This document shows positions 1 to 64,000 of a stretch of DNA of 64,000 bases, piece after piece. Source of the stretch: Chrysomallon squamiferum. Its lineage: Eukaryota; Animalia; Mollusca. The position numbers were made by a program, and so were the translations under genes. Location: the NCBI GenBank assembly GCA_012295275.1, contig CM022674.1:12462001-12526000 (forward strand), read 5' to 3'. The notes under the pieces were generated by a model. It saw nothing but the letters and a program-made list of their open reading frames with translations, searched no databases and was not told the origin of the DNA. The number at the start of each line of letters is the position of its first letter. Within the stretch, counting starts at the first letter, position 1.

Positions 1-899
1 TGGCAGTGGGTGCAGTATCAATCACTGGGGTGGGGGTTGTAGGGACTACCCAAGGGGTGTGTAAATGAATATGAGTCGATGAATGTTTAGGGTCAAAAGG
101 GGAGAATATGAAGAGTAATAGGAACTGAGAAGGAAAATAAATAAAATGCCACTGAGAATCAGTAATAAAGAAAAAGGGTGAAAATATTATTTTTTGATAA
201 TTTATTTTAGATAATATTGATTTATTTATTTATTTGTATATTTGGGAGGGTGTGGGTGAGAGATCTGAGATTCCATTAAAAGGTCTGAAACATAATAAAT
301 AAATAAAAGCAAAAAATAAATTGATATAAAATGCATACAAAAGTACATAAATCGAAAACAAAAATAACAATAACAGCAGCAACAACCACAGAGCAACAGC
401 AGCAGCAGAAGCAAAAAAAAATATAGCAGCAACAGCTACATCTACAACAACAGCAGCAGTAGCACCAGCAGCAACAACAACAACAATGCTGAAAGCAAGA
501 AAAAACCAGTAATAATAAAAGAACAAGATATTGTGTTATTCTCACCAAGGGATGTTTTGTCAGATAAATGAAATTATTCGCTTACAAAGACCTTTTTATC
601 TCTGTCCAGTGTGTGGGTCACAATGTCCAGCCATGCCTGTGATGGACAAAACTGGACAGAAGACATTTATTTAGATTTCAGTGAATAAGTTTATTCATGA
701 TCCTGCCCGGCCATTTACACCTGTAATTGTTCACCTGTTGTATTCCCAGGTTGTAAAAAAAAAAAAAAGAAGAAAATATATGTATGTATATCTGTCACCT
801 TGACTATATTGAAAAATAGTCTGAAGAAACCACAAATGTTTTACAGTGAAGTGGTCAGTAGTGGAGAAATATTTGTTTAAGCTGCAGATGTTTCATAAT

Positions 900-1085
900 A
901 AACTGGACTAGGCTAAGTACATTGGACTATGCTGCACATATTTCACAGTAAATTGGACTAAGCTGTAAATATTTCACATTAAATTGGGCAAATGCTTTGC
1001 ATTAAATTGGACTATAGTCCAAATGTTTCACATTAAATTGGACTATTGTGCAAATGTTTTACAGTAAACTGGACTGTGATGGAAA
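900..1085. repeat. Degenerate ~30-bp tandem repeat (aaattggactat..)
   Basis: Recurrent aa(t/c)tggact motif. Confidence 0.55.
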
Positions 1086-3495
1086 ATGTTTAAGCTATAA
1101 ATGTTTTAAACTGCATTGACAGGAATGTTATTTTCTTATCACAAACATTTCATTTTGTGAAAAACATTTTGTTCAGACTACAAATTGTTACTGCATGTTG
1201 GATTATGCTGAACAAGATGGCAGAAATAGCAAATATTTCAAAGCAAGTGTCTAAAATGTTAGTATCTCAAAGTAGATTGACTAATGCTGAAAACATTATA
1301 ACAGAAAATTTTGGCAAAAGAAACTGATCAAACTTCAGATATTTTTACTGCAAATTGTGCTGAAGAACTGTGAATTCCAGTCATTTTAAAGTAAGAACAA
1401 GAATTTACAGAAACCATCAAACTTTAGATTAAATTGAAATATACTAAGAAAAAGACAAAACAACAACAGAACTACAAATAATTATGAATACAAATTGGAT
1501 TAAGCCATCGATGTCATAAATTTCTCACAGTGCATTAGACTGATCCAAAAAGTATTAATTTAATGCAGTAATATTTCATAATACATTTCGTTCTGCTAAC
1601 AGATAGTTAAATTATAAATAAATATTTTACAAAGTCTGTTAATATTTTTATATCAACTGGACATTGCCAAAGCTGAGGTAGGATAACTAGATTCTTCACA
1701 CTGAAAATAATTAAAAGGAAACCGCTTACTGCCAACAATTTGTGTTTTTTGATCATAAAGACATTGGACTATGCCAAAAACAAAGCACTGTGAAACGGAA
1801 ATAGACTCAGCAAAAACACAGAAATAGGCTTGAATATTATAAATATTACGCAGCCATATCTCAGCTCTGTTTAAAAATAGGATAAATATTTTGGTTTAAT
1901 AAACAAATTGTCCAATATTTTTTTTTAATTTTTTAATAATTTTTTTTTTTTTTTTTTTTTAATATTCCGAAAAGCCTGTACTGGCGCTATGCCATATAAC
2001 AAATCTGACTAAATGGAAGAAGCAGATGACTGTAATGTTATGACAGAGGAAAGATACACAGAATGATAAAAGCAGATGAGAACTTGTTTGAAACAAGTTC
2101 AACACCAGGGTCTGCAGGATGTCAGCTTGTCGGGTTGATTAGTTAATATGCAACAATTTGACAGCTAAATCATTTTTATCGAAGCGTTTTCTTCTTATTT
2201 ACAAATGTAAATCTGTCAGTTGGATGTTTTCTCATTTCAACAGTTGGTTTCAAAATTGGAAAAAAAAAAAAACTGTTGAAGGATATTCTTCATTCAAGGA
2301 ACTGGATTCATAATTTTGGAAAAAATGACTGTAGATAATTTCTGATTTCAGCAGTTAATTTCAGATTTGGTAAAAGTGACAAGTGATAATTTTTTTATTC
2401 AAGGAAATTTATTTCAGAATTGGAAAATTTTCAGTTACTCAGTAATTCAAGGAATTTTTTTCTCAAAATTGAAAAAAGAAGAAAAAAAAATTAATAATAA
2501 TTAATATATTATTGAATGATTTTTATTGAAGAAATTTATTTTACAATCCAAAAATGTTTCAGCTGGATATTTTTCACTGAGTGAAAATTGTGTAGTGTAT
2601 AATTCTGTATGAAGTATGCAGTGTGCATAATATTCTGTATACATAATTAGGAAGTGATTTCTGAATGTGGATAAAAATAACTGAGAAATTTACTAAACAG
2701 AATCCTTGTGGACTGTTAGGAATGTGAAAAGTGACAGTATTTCTTATTACAAAATATTTTCATTACTGCATTTTCCATGATGATTTGTTCACAGTTTAGA
2801 ATAACTGCGTCTGAAACTTTGTTCTGAAGAAAACAAGTGTAAAAAAAGAAAGAAAAATTAAACTGTTCTGTTTACAGAGCTAAGTAATAATCATAAATAA
2901 CAGAAAAAATCGTTAACATGATAAGCAATCAAAGAAATAAAAACCAAATGTATTAAAAATAAATAAATACAAAAATAAACAAATAAATAAATAAATCTGT
3001 ATTTAACAAAAGGTTTAATGAAAAAAGATAGCAAACAAACAGACAACAAAAAACAAAATAAAAAAGAAAAACAAATTTGTATAAATATCTGGTGCAGTAT
3101 ATGATGTTACTATTTAGTAAAAATTGGAATGGGAAAAAAATGTTGAAAAGAAACTTTATTTGTTGATATATATTTTTGATAATAAATTTAATTCAAATTT
3201 TAATATTAGTAGAGCATGAATATTCAGTGTTTATGAGTGAACAAGAAGAAAATTTGCATAAAAGGGTGAACAAGAAGAAAAAGTGCATAAATTATGTTAA
3301 TTTATGTTAATTAGTCTAGTATTGCATGAACATTTAGTAAGTGGCTAAAAGCCAAAACATTTTATTTAAAAAAAAAAAAAAAAAAAAAAAAAATTATACT
3401 ATACTGAACCAGACTGTCAGTGATCATGAAAATGATGATGATGATGATGATGTTGACACTGTTGCTGATTGCAATGGTTTGTTGTGTCTCTGCAG

Positions 3496-63660
<60,165 letters not shown>

Positions 63661-63667
<7 letters not shown>

Positions 63668-63841
63668 GTGAGTAGTTAACAAACCTCTTTCTACATTCTA
63701 GCCAATCAGCATTTTGTTAACAGTCTCCTGATTGCCACAAACCAATCAGTGAATAGTTAACAAACATCTTTTTACATTGTAGCCAATCAGCATTTTGATA
63801 ACAATCTCCTGATTGTCACTAACCAATTAGTGAATAGTTAA
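63661..63841 (+). repeat. 81-bp tandem repeat containing a donor site
   Basis: ccaatca|gtga(g/a)tagttaa at 63668, 63749 and 63830. Confidence 0.8.
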
Positions 63842-64000
63842 ATTTTACTAATCTAACCAATCTACTATTAACTATCAGAAGCTGTTGAGTGATTAATTTA
63901 CATTTACTGCTGTTATCAGTTATAGCCTAGCAGAATATTGTCCAAAAAATACATTGTACAATCTAAATTTTGAATACTTAACAGCCTTCACTTATTTGTT

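Noticed and set aside
3420-3495. Apparent signal peptide [19 protein letters not shown] before LDLa 1 and 2 (small secreted proteins)
   Set aside because: Derived from an (atg)n microsatellite and the intron 3' end; a clear tgcag acceptor and downstream donor define an internal exon

Overview
AT-rich, microsatellite-laden animal (invertebrate, probably lophotrochozoan/molluscan - inference) genomic DNA. Nearly the whole window is an internal, partial segment of one large intron-rich + strand gene, a perlecan (HSPG2/trol/unc-52) orthologue; neither start nor stop codon is in the window. I mapped about 51 exons by splice signals and translation. They comprise an expanded array of 35 single-domain, phase-1/phase-1 LDL-receptor class A (LDLa) exons (3.5-52.1 kb) interrupted by a candidate 15-nt micro-exon and one Ig exon, then a split Ig domain, the three conserved perlecan LDLa repeats, the hallmark 'WRLNWG' Ig domain, and the start of domain III (laminin EGF and laminin B, with an RGD). 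The array looks like a frame-preserving, combinatorially spliceable cassette system that is still expanding or homogenising. Four minisatellites have amplified real splice junctions, a TGCATG cluster precedes one cassette, and four exons carry 1-nt-type frameshifts, probably assembly errors. One Tc1/mariner-derived MITE and many tandem repeats lie in introns. Most long ORFs in the track are microsatellite artefacts.
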